Assembly: GCA_000934665.2 (NCBI GenBank)
Contig: JYFJ02000541.1
Span: 124,001-167,632, forward strand
Length of the DNA: 43,632 nucleotides
Direction: 5' to 3'
From: Catajapyx aquilonaris
Taxonomy: Eukaryota
The first letter of the stretch is position 1. The number at the start of each line of letters is the position of its first letter. Positions 1-12,826 of this stretch are shown here, in pieces. The notes beneath the pieces were generated by a model that ran no database searches, was not told the origin of the DNA, and saw only the letters and a list, made by a program, of their open reading frames with translations. A program made the translations under genes and the position numbers.

Positions 1-800
1 TTCAGGTTGACACGACCGAGATATTTATCGTCCCCTGCGGAGTTTCCCAGTCTGCGTCAGCCCCCGTTTTGCTGAGAGAATAATAAATCCAGCCCAGCAG
101 CACATTACACAAAGATGTCTCTGCTGCCGGATAGCATGCACTTGGTGTACATGTTGTACCTTTCGAACCTTAGGAGAGAAAAAAAAAACCCTCAAAGAGG
201 GGGCAGCATCAGGCAGAAGCAATATTGCAGGACATTAAATTTTCTTGCTCCGGAACAGGTGGTTCCAAAGGGGTGCGGTGCAAATGGGAGGACGTGGCGC
301 TGGGATTTTAGAGACAGAGTCTGGAACCTTGCTGCAATTCCTCGGATGATACTTCTCATATTTTTTTTTTGTAAGGTTGCTACGCCTTCTTCTTCGTCTA
401 TCTTTTTGGACGCGGAGGATGCTACCAGGCGAAAAAGAGGGGTCTTGCCGGTCGATTGCAGCTGAAGATTCGGATGTCGACTTGTTATGAGATCGAATTT
501 GAGCGCCTTTCATGTGCTACGATTTGGATGTACGGATCCTTTTTACACGGAACGTATTCTAGAGGAGATAAAGAAAAAGGGAGTTGAGGAAGACGCCTCG
601 GGAAAATATGGAGTTTGGTTATCTCAAGAGATGGTTTTTTGTGACTGGCATATGCCGAACTGCACCTAGAGCCGAATGCCATTTGCATCGTGGATATAGT
701 GAGCTGGGTCTCAAAGTGAGCTGGTTCGACGTGCCAGAAGTGTTTATTAAGTTTTTTTAAAAAAATGTCTAGGAATATGGTTGTATTTAGTATCATTTTT

Positions 801-925
801 CATCATCATCATCATCATCAATTCATCATCATGAAAAATCATGTGTCTGGTCATCACTGGTCACCCCTTCATGGGATCAATGTCGTGATCAATATGAATG
901 AATGAATGAATAAATGAACGAATGA
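801..925. repeat. (CAT)n and (GAAT)n microsatellites flanking a short dispersed-repeat fragment
   Basis: catcatcat... at 801-830 and gaatgaatgaat... at ~896-925; GGTCACCCCTTC...GTCGTGATC between them recurs at ~4444-4486. Confidence 0.8.
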
Positions 926-938
926 ATTTATTCTGATT

Positions 939-1305
939 GGGGCATTCCACGGTAACGGACGGGACAAAAAAAAATATGGATTTTGTGTTTTCAAGTATAA
1001 ATTCTGTAGGTATCAAAGTGTTTTTGAATGTATTGTGACACTTGAAGGACAATATAGTGAAGGTGTTAAGATTTATGGAACTTCAGCTGTTGGTAATTTA
1101 GGTTTTAACATGGTGATTTAATTACATTAAGTAGGGTAAATGACGGGACAGAAAATGGGCATTTATCCGAATTGTAGCACATGTAATAGAAAATTTTTGT
1201 TTGAGTGTTATTCCACAGAAATACGGAAATTTAGGTTAAGATGAAAGTTTAAATAGGAAAAAAAGCACTTTTCACCAAAATGTCCATTTTCACATGGAAT
1301 GACCC
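939..1305. mobile_element. Possible degenerate non-autonomous DNA transposon with GGG(G/T)CATTCCA termini
   Basis: Left end GGGGCATTCCACGGTAACGGAC resembles the reverse complement of the right end, GGGTCATTCCATGTGAAAATGGAC; AT-rich interior; no clean TSD. Confidence 0.4.
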
Positions 1306-3242
1306 ATTTATTTTGTATTATATTTGATCTGTATTGCACATGAACGGCCGACTTTTTGGACGCTCTCCGGACAGGTATCGAAGCATCGCACGTTACTCCA
1401 AGGACTCCATTGACCACTTTCGTCTGCAACACTTCCGAAAATAGAGTATTTCAGACCACTTCGACGCTAAGAGCGGACCTGGTCCAACTTTGCGATTTAA
1501 TTACAGAATCTGGCGCGGGTTTTGCAAGAGTCTGCAGCAGCCGACTAGTTGAAAATTTCATTCCGTTCCTTGTGTCCTTCTATCCCGAGGTTTCCGACCA
1601 CATGAAAGTAGTGTCCGGCGTGAATAGGTTTTTTTTTTTTTGGGTGTTCCACCGTAAAAGGGGATGGTGAGTACCACCGCTGCTCCTTCTTCCTTCGTCT
1701 TCCTCCTCCTGTGTGCCGGCTTCCTTCATCGCAAATCGATTGAGCTGGAGCACAGGCCCCCCCATGCAGCAACCAGAGAGAGGGGATGCCCGTGCGTGGG
1801 GAAAGAGACGAGGCACTCCCTGCGCATGGGTGGGGCTCATTGTCCGCCGGTACACCCAAGTCGTCGTCAAGTGGAGGTTCTGACCCACCCCTCAGAAAGT
1901 TTGAGTCTATATAAACACCTTGGTGCGTCGAAATGGGTGGAATAGGAATTGGAGGGTGGGATGAGTTTTTTTTTTTATTATTTTACGGGCGAAGGCGGAC
2001 ATGAATGGGACATTTGGTAGCGTGTCGGTTGGATAAGATGTTTTTAAAGGGGTGTAGACGAGTGATACATTGTATTAGAAGGGGGGAAATGAGGAATTTT
2101 TCGTCCTGATGTAAATTCAGCAAGGCAAGTTACCTGACCGCAATGCGAAACGTGCCACAACTCCCATGTTGTTGCAGTGATAATTTATTCACACATTTAA
2201 AACTGCGGTACTTGGCAGTACTTCCGGTTTCCTGGCTGGCAAGGCGGAGTTGCTAGCAAACAAAGTTCTGCCGCACGAAGTTTCATTCGGTTTGTTATAG
2301 CGTTCAGAAATAGTTTCCAATTGAGATGCCAACCAGAATCATTTGTATAAGTAAACAAGTGTCCTCCCTTCATCGATGCATTTACTGTGCATTACTTTGA
2401 CTTCAATATATGCTGAAATTGTGCACACCCATAATTGGGCATGCTGTACGCCGTCGGAATATTCCAATTATTGTGCAAAAGGAGTAACAAAATTGCACTC
2501 TCTATAGTTTGTTCGGCTATTGGGTAGTCTTTGTTTCGTTCAGACGGCACAAAAAAATTGGCTTTTGACGATACTAGCAGTTCCCAGCTTTGATAAAAAT
2601 GATCAGCATGAGAGCACAGGCCGGGGTCCCACCGGAGTTGCATTATGTATGTACACGCGCACCATACACGGACGTTCAGTAGTAGCCTATTGGACTGATG
2701 AAGTCGTGTTTATCGAGGGTAAGTAATGCGGAGAGAACACTTTGGCAATTAGGTATGCATTAACCAGTGTAAGCCGTTAGCAAAGTTCACAAGGTGCGCT
2801 TAGTAGCCGGCCTGAATATGCAAGCCCTGTAGTTGCGGTCGTTTGTTTGTGAGAAATTGATTCGGCCGGCAGTAGACGCATGATGCAAAGGGTGTGATTA
2901 TTATGCAGGGGCATGAGTGCACCCCTCCGTGCTGTTTATGTAACTGCGGCCGCGGATGAGTGAGAGCACCTGTCATCTGAAACTTGCCTCGCCTCCCAGC
3001 AGTGTTGACGGTGCTGGAAAGGCCAAAGATGATGGTTCCGGGGGAGTCCTCAGGGCTTAGAGTCAGCAGGAAAGGGAGCTTTGGATGGAATATCGGACAC
3101 GGACCTTATCATCTTGGGATATAGCCTGGAGACTGCACTATAGTGAGGCAACTCTTCAAAAATATCGATATTGCAAATATTGCACGATAGTTTGAAAATT
3201 ATCGACAATTCGATATCGTTCGGGACGAACGTCTCAATGTCC

Positions 3243-3347
3243 AAAACTAGTAAGGGTGAAAATCGCGTGCGTGTCATGCACTAATCCCCCTGACTCAAAG
3301 AGGGATTAGTGCAGGGCATGCATGCGACTTTCACCCTTACTAGTTTT
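3243..3347. repeat. Near-perfect 105-nt inverted repeat (hairpin; miniature MITE or structured RNA)
   Basis: AAAACTAGTAAGGGTGAAAATCGCGTGCGTGTCATGCACTAATCCC / 13-nt loop / GGGATTAGTGCAGGGCATGCATGCGACTTTCACCCTTACTAGTTTT. Confidence 0.9.
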
Positions 3348-4443
3348 AGAAATAAAATGTCTCTCCTTGGGACTGCAGCTGCGGGAACTTCGAAACTGAT
3401 CACTAGATTCGTATTCAAGAAATCCGGCTCAACTTATCTCCGTCTTGAGCCCCTTGGGATAATTATCAGCGCCTACGTAATAAGAAGTTTTTGAACAGAG
3501 GGTCTCGCAAAAGCACGATCCGAGTATACATGACAAGCCCACCGTTTAATTAGAACTCGAGATGCTTAATTAGTGGGAGGTAGACGTGACGATCAATTAA
3601 TCAGAGCCAAGACGGCATCAGACTTGACGAAAAGTCCGGGTGAATCCTGAAGAATGTGCCGGATAATTGACTCCGGGTCCTGATTTTTTACCTTGTGATG
3701 ATTTACCGGCAGTCTACTTTGCAAAAACCGGGTTTGAATTCTGGAAGACCTGAAAATCACCGCCATCGATCCAGTCTCCTGTGAGAACAAGCCCCCTAAG
3801 GGAAAAGGAATCGGTATTGGAAGGAAAAGTATAGAAATGGTGTAAACACCCATTTTTTCCCCTCCTCCTCCCAAAAAAACTTGGGACACGAAGGCCCCCC
3901 CTCCTATCCCTAGGAGCTCACGCAAACACCCGGAAGGAAGAGCCTATTCTCGTTTATTCTGGAAGTCCGGTTTTTGGGTGTCGTAAATGGAAGCGAACTC
4001 CATCCCGAGGCCCGGTTTCTGTGACTTTTCTACCGGAGTAATAGCCCGTGTTATTGCCCGGGTGTTGGTTGGCTATAACTCCGGGGGCTGTTGTCAGGTA
4101 ATGATGCAGCTTGTAGGAAACTTTTTGGGGAGGGTGCACCGCTGACAACTCACCTTCTTCATTTGTCTTCGGGGCTGCTGCTGAAGTAGTGGGTGGGATG
4201 TCTCGGGCCATTGATTGAGATTGGTTGGATAGGGGAGGTGGGTGGAATTGCTACTGTGCGCTGTCTCAGCGGTGCAATATTTTCTACCCGACCCCCCACT
4301 GCTGCTCGGCCGAATTGGTGTTGGCCGGAATTGCATTTTTAAACAGGGATGGGAAAATGAGAAAAGATCAATTTCGGCCTCTATAATAAAAATAATACAA
4401 AATAATAAAAATTAACTAAGTAAAAATATGTAGGCTGACCTCA

Positions 4444-4590
4444 GGTCACCCCTTCTGACCCAGTAAGGTCACACAGGGTCGTGATCCAATAATACAACAC
4501 ATAGACCGGCTCGAAGCCAGGCCATCTCACGACTAACTACCTATGTTCATCAAACGGCACCCTCTTGCCATCTAGTGAGGGGTGGCACAA
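4444..4590. repeat. Dispersed repeat copy (related copies at ~7430-7594 and ~859-893)
   Basis: Collinear shared blocks GTCA(C/T)CCCT..TGACCC, AAT(A/G)ATACAAC, TAGACCGGC, CACGACT, GCCATCTAGTGAGGG..CACAA. Confidence 0.65.
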
Positions 4591-6737
4591 TGGCCATTGC
4601 TATCAAAATGTAAGATTGTTGCTTCTTTCGCCTTGTTGATCGGGATGTCTAGGTCGAGATTCAACCAGTCGCGAGTTTTAGTAATGTGAGGAACCGCCCC
4701 CTACAGGTCATGTGATGCGGGCGGGGCATGCGCACCGCTTCCCTGGCTTTGGCCAGGGGAGAGTGGAGTTGGTATCCTGAGTCGAGTGAGTCAAGAGGGT
4801 CTGTACACTAATTGGTGACCTAATAAACCAGTGTCCATGGAACCCAGGTGTTTTCTTGGTGGAGCTTGCACGGGGTTCCGGGGTCGTCACAGTAATACCG
4901 AAACAACCATTGCCAATATTGGCATATAGGCATCAATTCTCGGTGAAACGCACTTCGGCTTCTCCGGCCACTTTTTTCGCGGTTCCATCAAGCAAACTTG
5001 ATGAGAGTGGTCGTGAGACATGGGACCATCATTCTTGTCGAGTAGCAGAAGCAGACCATGCGCATATTGAGGGCCATATCGTCGCTTCCTCGTTGTCGAG
5101 GCAACCCGTACGGGCAATTGATGGACGGTCTCGGCGACCCTGCTCAGGCGTGTAAGGAATAAAGTTGCCCCCAGTCGGCCATTCCAACACCGGGTCAGGT
5201 CAATGCGGGGCCATTTACCAGAAAGCGGTGGGCACTTAGCGGGAGATGGGCTGGGGGGTTCTGGGAACATCCCCAAATGAGGCCGCCTTGTCGATATCGA
5301 GACCTTATAGATGACGCCATTTGTTTCATTTATCTTGTTTTTTCAGCGACGTTGCCGGGTTTTTTTAAGCCCTGAATCTCTACCTGGTTGGAAGTTTCAA
5401 AGCTTCCTGTCAGCACTTTGTAAATGGGTGTTGTTTTCTTGGCTTCCAAGTTTTTGAACCATGCCGCAGCATCCAACCGAGGTGCTGAATTCCTTCCAAA
5501 AAGTTTAATGCGTTTTCTGAGCGGATCTTGATGCCATTCGGCACCAAAAAGTCCGCAGTTGAATGGTAACCATCCCCGAGGGTCATTCCCTTGCAGATGG
5601 ATCCAAGAGATGAAGTCTGCCACATCTAGGTCGAGGATCGGTTTTTTTCCATATTTTTTTGGAAAAAAAAAATATTTCGGGTTCATTTCTGGCTTGGAAG
5701 GACCATGTCTTTGAATGGAACCCATTTTATTTTACAATGCACCTACCAGTGTTTGTGTTTTTCTTCCGGCCATTTATTGCGGACGATTTCGGTGCGGGGG
5801 TAGGATAAAGGGAACCTTTGTTGCGTGTTCTGACTGCCAACAAGTGCCGCTTTACTGTAAATGAAACTGGGCCTACCCACCATTCAACAAAAAAATTTTT
5901 TTTAGCACGAATATTGTGTACGCCTCGAGAAACTCACGTCACGCGTCATTGAAGTCACCGTCACGCCGAAATGGACACAGAAAATGAAGGCGAGATAAGA
6001 GGGTTCAAAAGGCCCACTTTCCGGGTCGTGTGCAGGAATACGGTTATAATATTTCCGGACCACTTTTGGAAAGTCCGATATGGGGGATGTACAAGGGGTA
6101 ATTTATTCCCGTTCTGGCCCCCTCCAGGCCGGGGGTCCTTCCGAAGGTGAGAGAGTCTATAATCGGGGGGATGACAAAGTTGGGACGACCCCCCCCCCCC
6201 NATGTCAACTTGACTGGGGAAGTCTTATCTAGAGAGCTGCAAACAGAGAGAATTGGGAGGACTATCGGTGACAGTAGATCCGTTTTTTGAGTACGGCCCC
6301 TGCGGCAGAGACATTTGCAAAGTTACGCGAGTTTGGACAACTTTTCCATATTAGGTTACGGCCAGGAATTCTTCCGGAGACGTATCGTGTCAGGATAAAA
6401 CGAGAGCATATTGGCATTTTTTTAAAAGGGGGGTATGCCTGTAGGGGTTGGACCTATACCTTCAAATTGACGTACTATAATCGGCGTAAAGTTCGATATG
6501 TGGAGGTTCCGTATTAAAATGCAAACCGGTAGGAATTGGGTGGGATGGGTCAAAGTTACCCCTCAGGTGCATGTTACGATCTACCCCGCTAGTCTTTGAG
6601 GCATGTATTCCGCACCTAACAGGCTGCCTCCCCGGGAAAGCTGCAGACTCGGAGTCAGTGCATGTTAATTCCATTGCGGAACCTCGTTAGTGGCTGGGCT
6701 TGGGTGGATGCGGAGGTTCAAACGATGATGTTGCACC

Positions 6738-6745
6738 AGAGAGAG

Positions 6746-6817
<72 letters not shown>
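6738..6817. repeat. (AG)n microsatellite
   Basis: About 80 nt of AG repeat with one interruption; it explains the ERERE/LSLS ORFs. Confidence 0.98.
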
Positions 6818-6818
<1 letters not shown>

Positions 6819-7064
6819 AATTTCACCGCCCACGCCTGCATTGAAAATGAGTCTGGAGAGATTAGCAACATGCTGTACCCCTGTGCTCTACTATAGATAG
6901 TAATCAAGGATCTGTTTTGAGAACCGCTTAAGATCCTAATTTGGACTATGTGTCTCAGTTTTGGGGGAGCTCATTTGGGTCTAATGAGTGTAGTGGTCAC
7001 ATTGTGTTTGGGTGCTGCAGGTGCTTCTTGAAGAGTTTGAGTCAAAGCCGTTGAATTTATATGG

Positions 7065-7411
7065 GAAGGTGTGGTGGCCGAGATGGTAACGTCTCGGGTT
7101 TCTGAGTGAAAGGTCCCAGGTTCGATCCCCTTCTGGGATTTCTCTTTCGCCTGCGTCAGAAGGATGTCTGACCCGCACCTTGGAGGTATCTGGCAACCTA
7201 ACCTCCTGGGGAACAGCACGTGACCCATTTATAGGTCGGTATCGCACTTGCACCTACGTTCCCTCCCCAACAAGATTTCCCATTGTCCTTGATTTCCCTG
7301 CACCGGAGTCTGAAGAAAAAAAATAATCTGAGAACATCAAAATGGTGGTAATCCACCCCGCTGAAAGGGCTCGGACCCCTCTAATGGGGTACAATAATAT
7401 ATATATTTTTT
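7065..7411 (+). mobile_element. Full-length tRNA-derived SINE with target-site duplication
   Basis: Pol III A box TGGCCGAGATGG (7075) and B box GGTTCGATCCC (7119); AT-rich tail; flanked by 20-bp direct repeats AAGCCGTTGAATT(T/C)AT(A/G)TGG at 7045-7064 and 7412-7431 (18/20 identical). Confidence 0.88.
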
Positions 7412-10400
7412 AAGCCGTTGAATTCATGTGGTCATCCCTCTGACCCCCAATGATACAACTGGTACAGAGCAAGCGTTTATTAGACCGGCCTGCTATCCGG
7501 CCACAACACGACTGAATCGAGCGTACTACGCCCCCAGCTCCCTCTAGATTCGCGCTAATGCGCCACTCCAGCCATCTAGTGAGGGACATCACAAATTATG
7601 TGAATAACCCCAATGGTCACCTGTGCTTAAATAATGTGTTTCTAAAGGTTCTTTGGCGCTACAATTTGGCGCGTCGTGTTCGAGAGCTGGCTCTTAATAG
7701 AGCCCCCTCCTGGCTGGAGGATTGTACCCAAAGCTATTTATTCAAGTGCAACATCCAGTAAACATTGGGCCCGATGCAATCCAGTAAATGAGGGCGCGCA
7801 GGACTAAACCGGCAGGGAGGCTAGCGTGATTGTACGTAAACAGGCAGCGTAATTCCTTCAATCTATACTTCAATTAGCATAATCAAAGAGCTGCGAGGCG
7901 CGTGTGTTGGAGGACGATAAGCGGAATCGCAATGTTTACAGGCTTATCTGGTGGCATCACTTCCACTTTGCCTGTTGCTAGTTGGAACAAGTTGTCGGCC
8001 CGGTTTTTAGGGTCTTGAGAGACGCCGTTTATGAGCATCTGCAGGGGGAAAGTTTGCATGCCAACAGGTATTACATGTGCGGTAACAATGTGAGGGGGGG
8101 ACCTTAACGTATGTCGTGGGAAGCTGCTGCGTATTATTATGGCAGGGGCTTTTCATATTTAATGAAAAAGGGGGAAAGGCGCCTCAAGTGCACTCCGTCG
8201 CGGGAAATTAGTGCGTGGTAGCGTATGGGAGGCTTTTGAAGCGGGTTAAGACCCGGGGAAAAGAGTGGAGGTGTTTCAAAATGGGGGTTGGATGGGATAG
8301 GATTTGCACTACCGCCATTAGTCGGCAGGGTTGTCGTTGATTAATGCCAGAGGGCACTATCCCCTCCCGCTTGTCCGTGGGAATGCAAAGTAAAGGCATC
8401 TATATTTTAAACTAGTAAAAGTGACATAATATTTGTGCTTACTGTAAAACAGCGATGGACCACCCTGTAATATGAATAAATTGTTTTTAATTCCTTTTTG
8501 TGGCATGACCGCGTGCAGGCAGGGAAAATGGGACAGTTCATTGATTACCAGGCTGTACAGCTTGTTTTCACACTCTATATGCCTGTAAAAATAAACAGAT
8601 TTTAATATTGCTATTGTTGGCGTGCACGGACGTTAAAAATATGGCAGGCTGATAGGAACAAGCCTGTATGAAATGATAACGTCAGAACCCGCGGTTATCT
8701 GTGATGGTTGAATAATGTCATAGACTATGAGGTACTGGCACTTCCTGAGTGGCACACAGTGGACACACCCGCAGGTGATCAAATTTTACCAGTCTAAATA
8801 GTTGAAACCGAGTTGAAAATAATAATAGACGTATGCCATGTCGAGTCCATTTGTATATATATATATTTTTTAAATTCCGAATTGCGTAAAACACCACATT
8901 ACGTATGTGTATGAAATCTGTGTACCGTTCTATGCAGTTGCAATTAACGTTAATAAATTGAATCCGTACGCTGATAAGTGCGGTTGTGTTATTGTTAGTC
9001 GCTCTTGTTGGCGTGCAACCACATTCGCCCAAATTAATGCCCCCGTATAAACATCGGTGACGTCCAACAAGAGCCGGGATCACTCCGGATATACCGCCCT
9101 GGAAGCAAAGTACGATTTCTGAATTTGGACCAATTACGACCTTCCGTTTTATGATAAGTGATTCAAACTTTTGGTCAATGTATTTCGAAATTTGTTCAAG
9201 TGTTTCACACTTTCAGGCCCAATTCTCACTCAAAATTTTCTGGATTGGGGTGGGTTCTTATGCACCCCCGACCAGTTCCGTTTTGGGGGAATATTTATGA
9301 CCCGCGGCCATATCGACATCGTTATTCAACCCCCGTCGTATTTATACTCCCCCCGCCAAGTTTGGCCAACCTTTATCGACCTCTTTACCTGGGATTTGGG
9401 GCCGGGCTGACAGCCGCATTGTTCTGCCCACGGTTACCCTAGAGAGGAAGACTCCTCAGCCTCCCATAGAAAAGAAAGGGAGTCTGCTCCATTTGGACGG
9501 CGCTGATAGTTGGAGGATTAATTTACGCTACATGGGGAAAGGGAATGGGGCAGCTCATAACGAAGATCCGATTAGTTGGGGGAAAGTGGGCTAATGACGA
9601 CGCTTGCATAAAAAGTACCCCCCCGCTCGCTGCCTGCCTACACACGGTCGGTTCCGCCGACTATCAACGGACTTGCTGGCCCGTGTCAACAATGTAGTCA
9701 AGTCGGATGGGGGAATATGCCCCGTAATATCCTCCACCCCCCTAGCCTCCCACCAGGATAAGCCGGTGCTGTAACAATATTATGGTAATTATTATTTTTG
9801 AAGCGCTGAGAGGTCAATCAGCCTATAACTAAACAAATAAGGGCAGACTGCAGGTAATGCGTCAACATTGAGTATGTCCTAATAAAAAGGGCGATATTCA
9901 GTTTTGTTAATCTGGCGAGAGGTTGTTGTTAGCTTTTCATGGCTGTTTGTCACATGCATGGAAAATAAAATTTTGAACCGGAATTGAATAATGGCGTCCG
10001 GGCGGAAGGTGACGTTGCTGCGTTTCATTAGAGAGTTGCTATATACTGGATGGCGATCTGAAAATTAAATTTCGCACTGTAGGGTGTTGCATTTCGGGAT
10101 GGAATCTGTGTGCCTTTAACTGCACCATTGTTGCTGGCGACAAGGTGCTAAAATTAGTTAATTGGAGGACACGCGGGTCTGTAATTATTTTGAGCACTAC
10201 ATGTGTGCTAAAATATAACAAGGCTGTAACAGTATTCAGTAACTGGAGTTTCTACCGCCTGAAAAAAATTCAGTGGAGTGAAAGTACTCGATTGAATAGA
10301 GCTTGGAACTGTATACCTCGCCTGACAGAAAAATGCGATATTCGAGCCTCTTTTTTTTACAGCAGAATTTTTCCAGAGGGAATTTTGATTATACCATTCG

Positions 10401-12826
10401 ATGCTTACTCACTAGCCCGCAGTATGCATGCAGTAAATCAATTTCGGAATTATTATTTTTTTGGTCAGAGATGCTTTTTTAGGCAGCCGCATCCTTCAGT
10501 GCTACATTCATGTCAGAAAAAGCAGTTTCGCCGATAACTGAACCTGCAATCTCTCTCCGGATATGAGAAAATATTTCTCCGCAGGTTGTAGCGTCTTGAG
10601 ACATAGCCTGGGCTTACCACAGCCCGGAAGCTCTGCCTTATTTCTTTAATTTTATACACACTTAACTCCCAGAACAGGTTTCATTGCAGTAGAGCTTTGG
10701 CTGCATTCCAGCGTGTAATCCCCGCAAATCTGTACCGCCGAGAACATAACATTTCTTTCGCCCGTCGGTACCGAGTCCGGCGGATTACATGAATAAAGGA
10801 TGTAACCAACCACAACCATTTGCAGAGGAAAATCCTTAGTTCCTTCCACACAAAAAAAAGAGCGCTCAATCACAGAGGTAGATTAAAGTCCAAAATATAA
10901 CTGGTTGGACCCCGATTGGGTTAATGTCATTTCCAGTAGAGTTTGATCCACTTACGGAAGAAGAACTTGGGGGTGACACACTGCGTGACAAGAGGATTAT
11001 TAAGCCCTAAAGTTTAGGGGAGGGGGAGGACCAAATTTATGCGCGGTTACCGTGTGTTCTGTATGCGACAACTTATCAAATTAGGATCCCGGTGTGTTAG
11101 GCGAAAAGGCATTCCGTATTCCGGAAATTCTCGGCCTGCACTGGGAGCCTCTCGAAAATCCAACTGCAATGCCTGTTATTCATGAGGACCCCCCTTTCCA
11201 GCCTGCTTACTTCGGGGACGGAATATTGTTGAGTAACACACACAAAAAAAGAGAGAAGTTTTAGGAATTTCTTTGGTGGAAAAGAGAGTAGAATGCATGT
11301 GGAGGAGCCCTTGAAAAGATGAAAAGGACGTGAGGAACATTGTAGGAACATGGCCCATTGGATGGGAGATATTTGGGATTCTTCCAGATTCCACACAATA
11401 AGGATAGTGGGAGTTGCAGGTAATTTAAAGGCTTGTTTTGGAAATAGGGGGGGAAAAAAGTATGATCAGAGAAGCTGCGAATTCTACGATGCGGGTGGAG
11501 AAGAAGAAAAAACCCACTTGAGACATACTGCAGTCCATTACATAACCTTCTGCGTATCTGCAATGGTTTGGTCCGACTTGGGGAAGCGGAAGGGTATATA
11601 CTGTAATAGCATACGTGAAGCGAGCAAATGGATTATTTTTTTAGTCTCGCGAATTTATTATTGACTAAGTTACTGAATAAAATAAGCGCAGAAAATGACT
11701 CGGGCTGTACGTGCGTATCGTGCCTTTTATTGTGATGATAAATATTTGGCACACTGTACGCGACCAAGGACCGTCACCGTCATGGCTTGTTGGCTGCTAC
11801 CATATCAAGAAGCACACACTTGATGCTGAACATGGCACTGTTCCACGCGTTGGAGCATTTTTTATCATGTAAGTTTACGCGAGTTCGTAAAGGGGATGCT
11901 GGGTTTTTAAAATTTTTTATGCAATTTAGCATTTCATAGTGAAAATTTCTGCTGCAGTTCAGAAGCAACTCATCCTTCTCCGTCAATCATATCAACCACC
12001 CATTGGCCCCATCCAGACTTTATAACCCATGAACAGGATACAATTCTAAAGGGGCTTACACCACACCTGATAACAAGCCATCCATCACCCTCCCCCCAAA
12101 AAAATTTATATACGGTTATGTCTGTAGCTTTGTTATAATATGCTGATTGAATCCTCCAACACGGAGGCCGTTATTGACGTATAACGCGTACTTTAAAACC
12201 ATGCTCCATTCGTCTGCATCACACGAGGCGTTTTTACAGCGATTCATATGTCCGACTCGGTATGATTGATGCGATTAGGAAATCGCTATGGGCACAACGT
12301 ATCACCCCTTGCCACGTTTTGAAAAACCGGTGCACGTATAGGGGTGGGCTAGCCTGAATATTTCCCGGTTGGCCGGACGCTATACAGAGGCGTCCAATAA
12401 AACAAGAAGCGGGCTTAGCAGCAGGCGATGAATGCGACCTTTCACCTAGTGTCGCCAAGTGTCCCCCCAACCCTTTGCCACCTCCCCCCTCCTTTTCCTC
12501 CGGACGGCGAAAGGTTGCGAAATGGACTCGGTTATCTGGGAAACTGCGAGGCCTCCAGAGTTTATGGATCCTCAACTACATGACCTTTTCTGAGGGGGGG
12601 GTGGGGGTGGGGGTGGGGGAACGGGATGGAGAACACTCGTTTGCCAGCTGGTGGAGAAGGTCGGGCACGGAACAGGAAGATGGCAATTTGCTGAGGAACA
12701 ACCGCCTCCTCTTCGGCTGCAGGGAGCCACCGTTGAAAATGGATGTATTGATTCGGATGGAGCGAATGAGATTTTGGTGGATTTAATCATTTCGATGATG
12801 AAAACCTAACCTAACCGATATCCGCA

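Noticed and set aside
2649..2726. ORF end ...YWTDEVVFIEGK with a GGTAAGT donor-like site, as a possible CASK exon 1
   Set aside because: Only superficial similarity to the CASK N-terminus (no YELCEVI). The strong donor gives the wrong phase or an in-frame TGA, and the phase-2 donor (gtaatg) is weak.
4887..5276. Minus-strand ORF with RKRR...GLLLLLDKN resembling the mariner LLHDNA region
   Set aside because: Similarity is too weak, with no TIRs or downstream YSPDLAP motif; it cannot be supported without a search.
7068..7140. tRNA gene
   Set aside because: A and B boxes are present but there is no acceptor stem, and it continues into a body with tail and TSD, so it is a SINE head.
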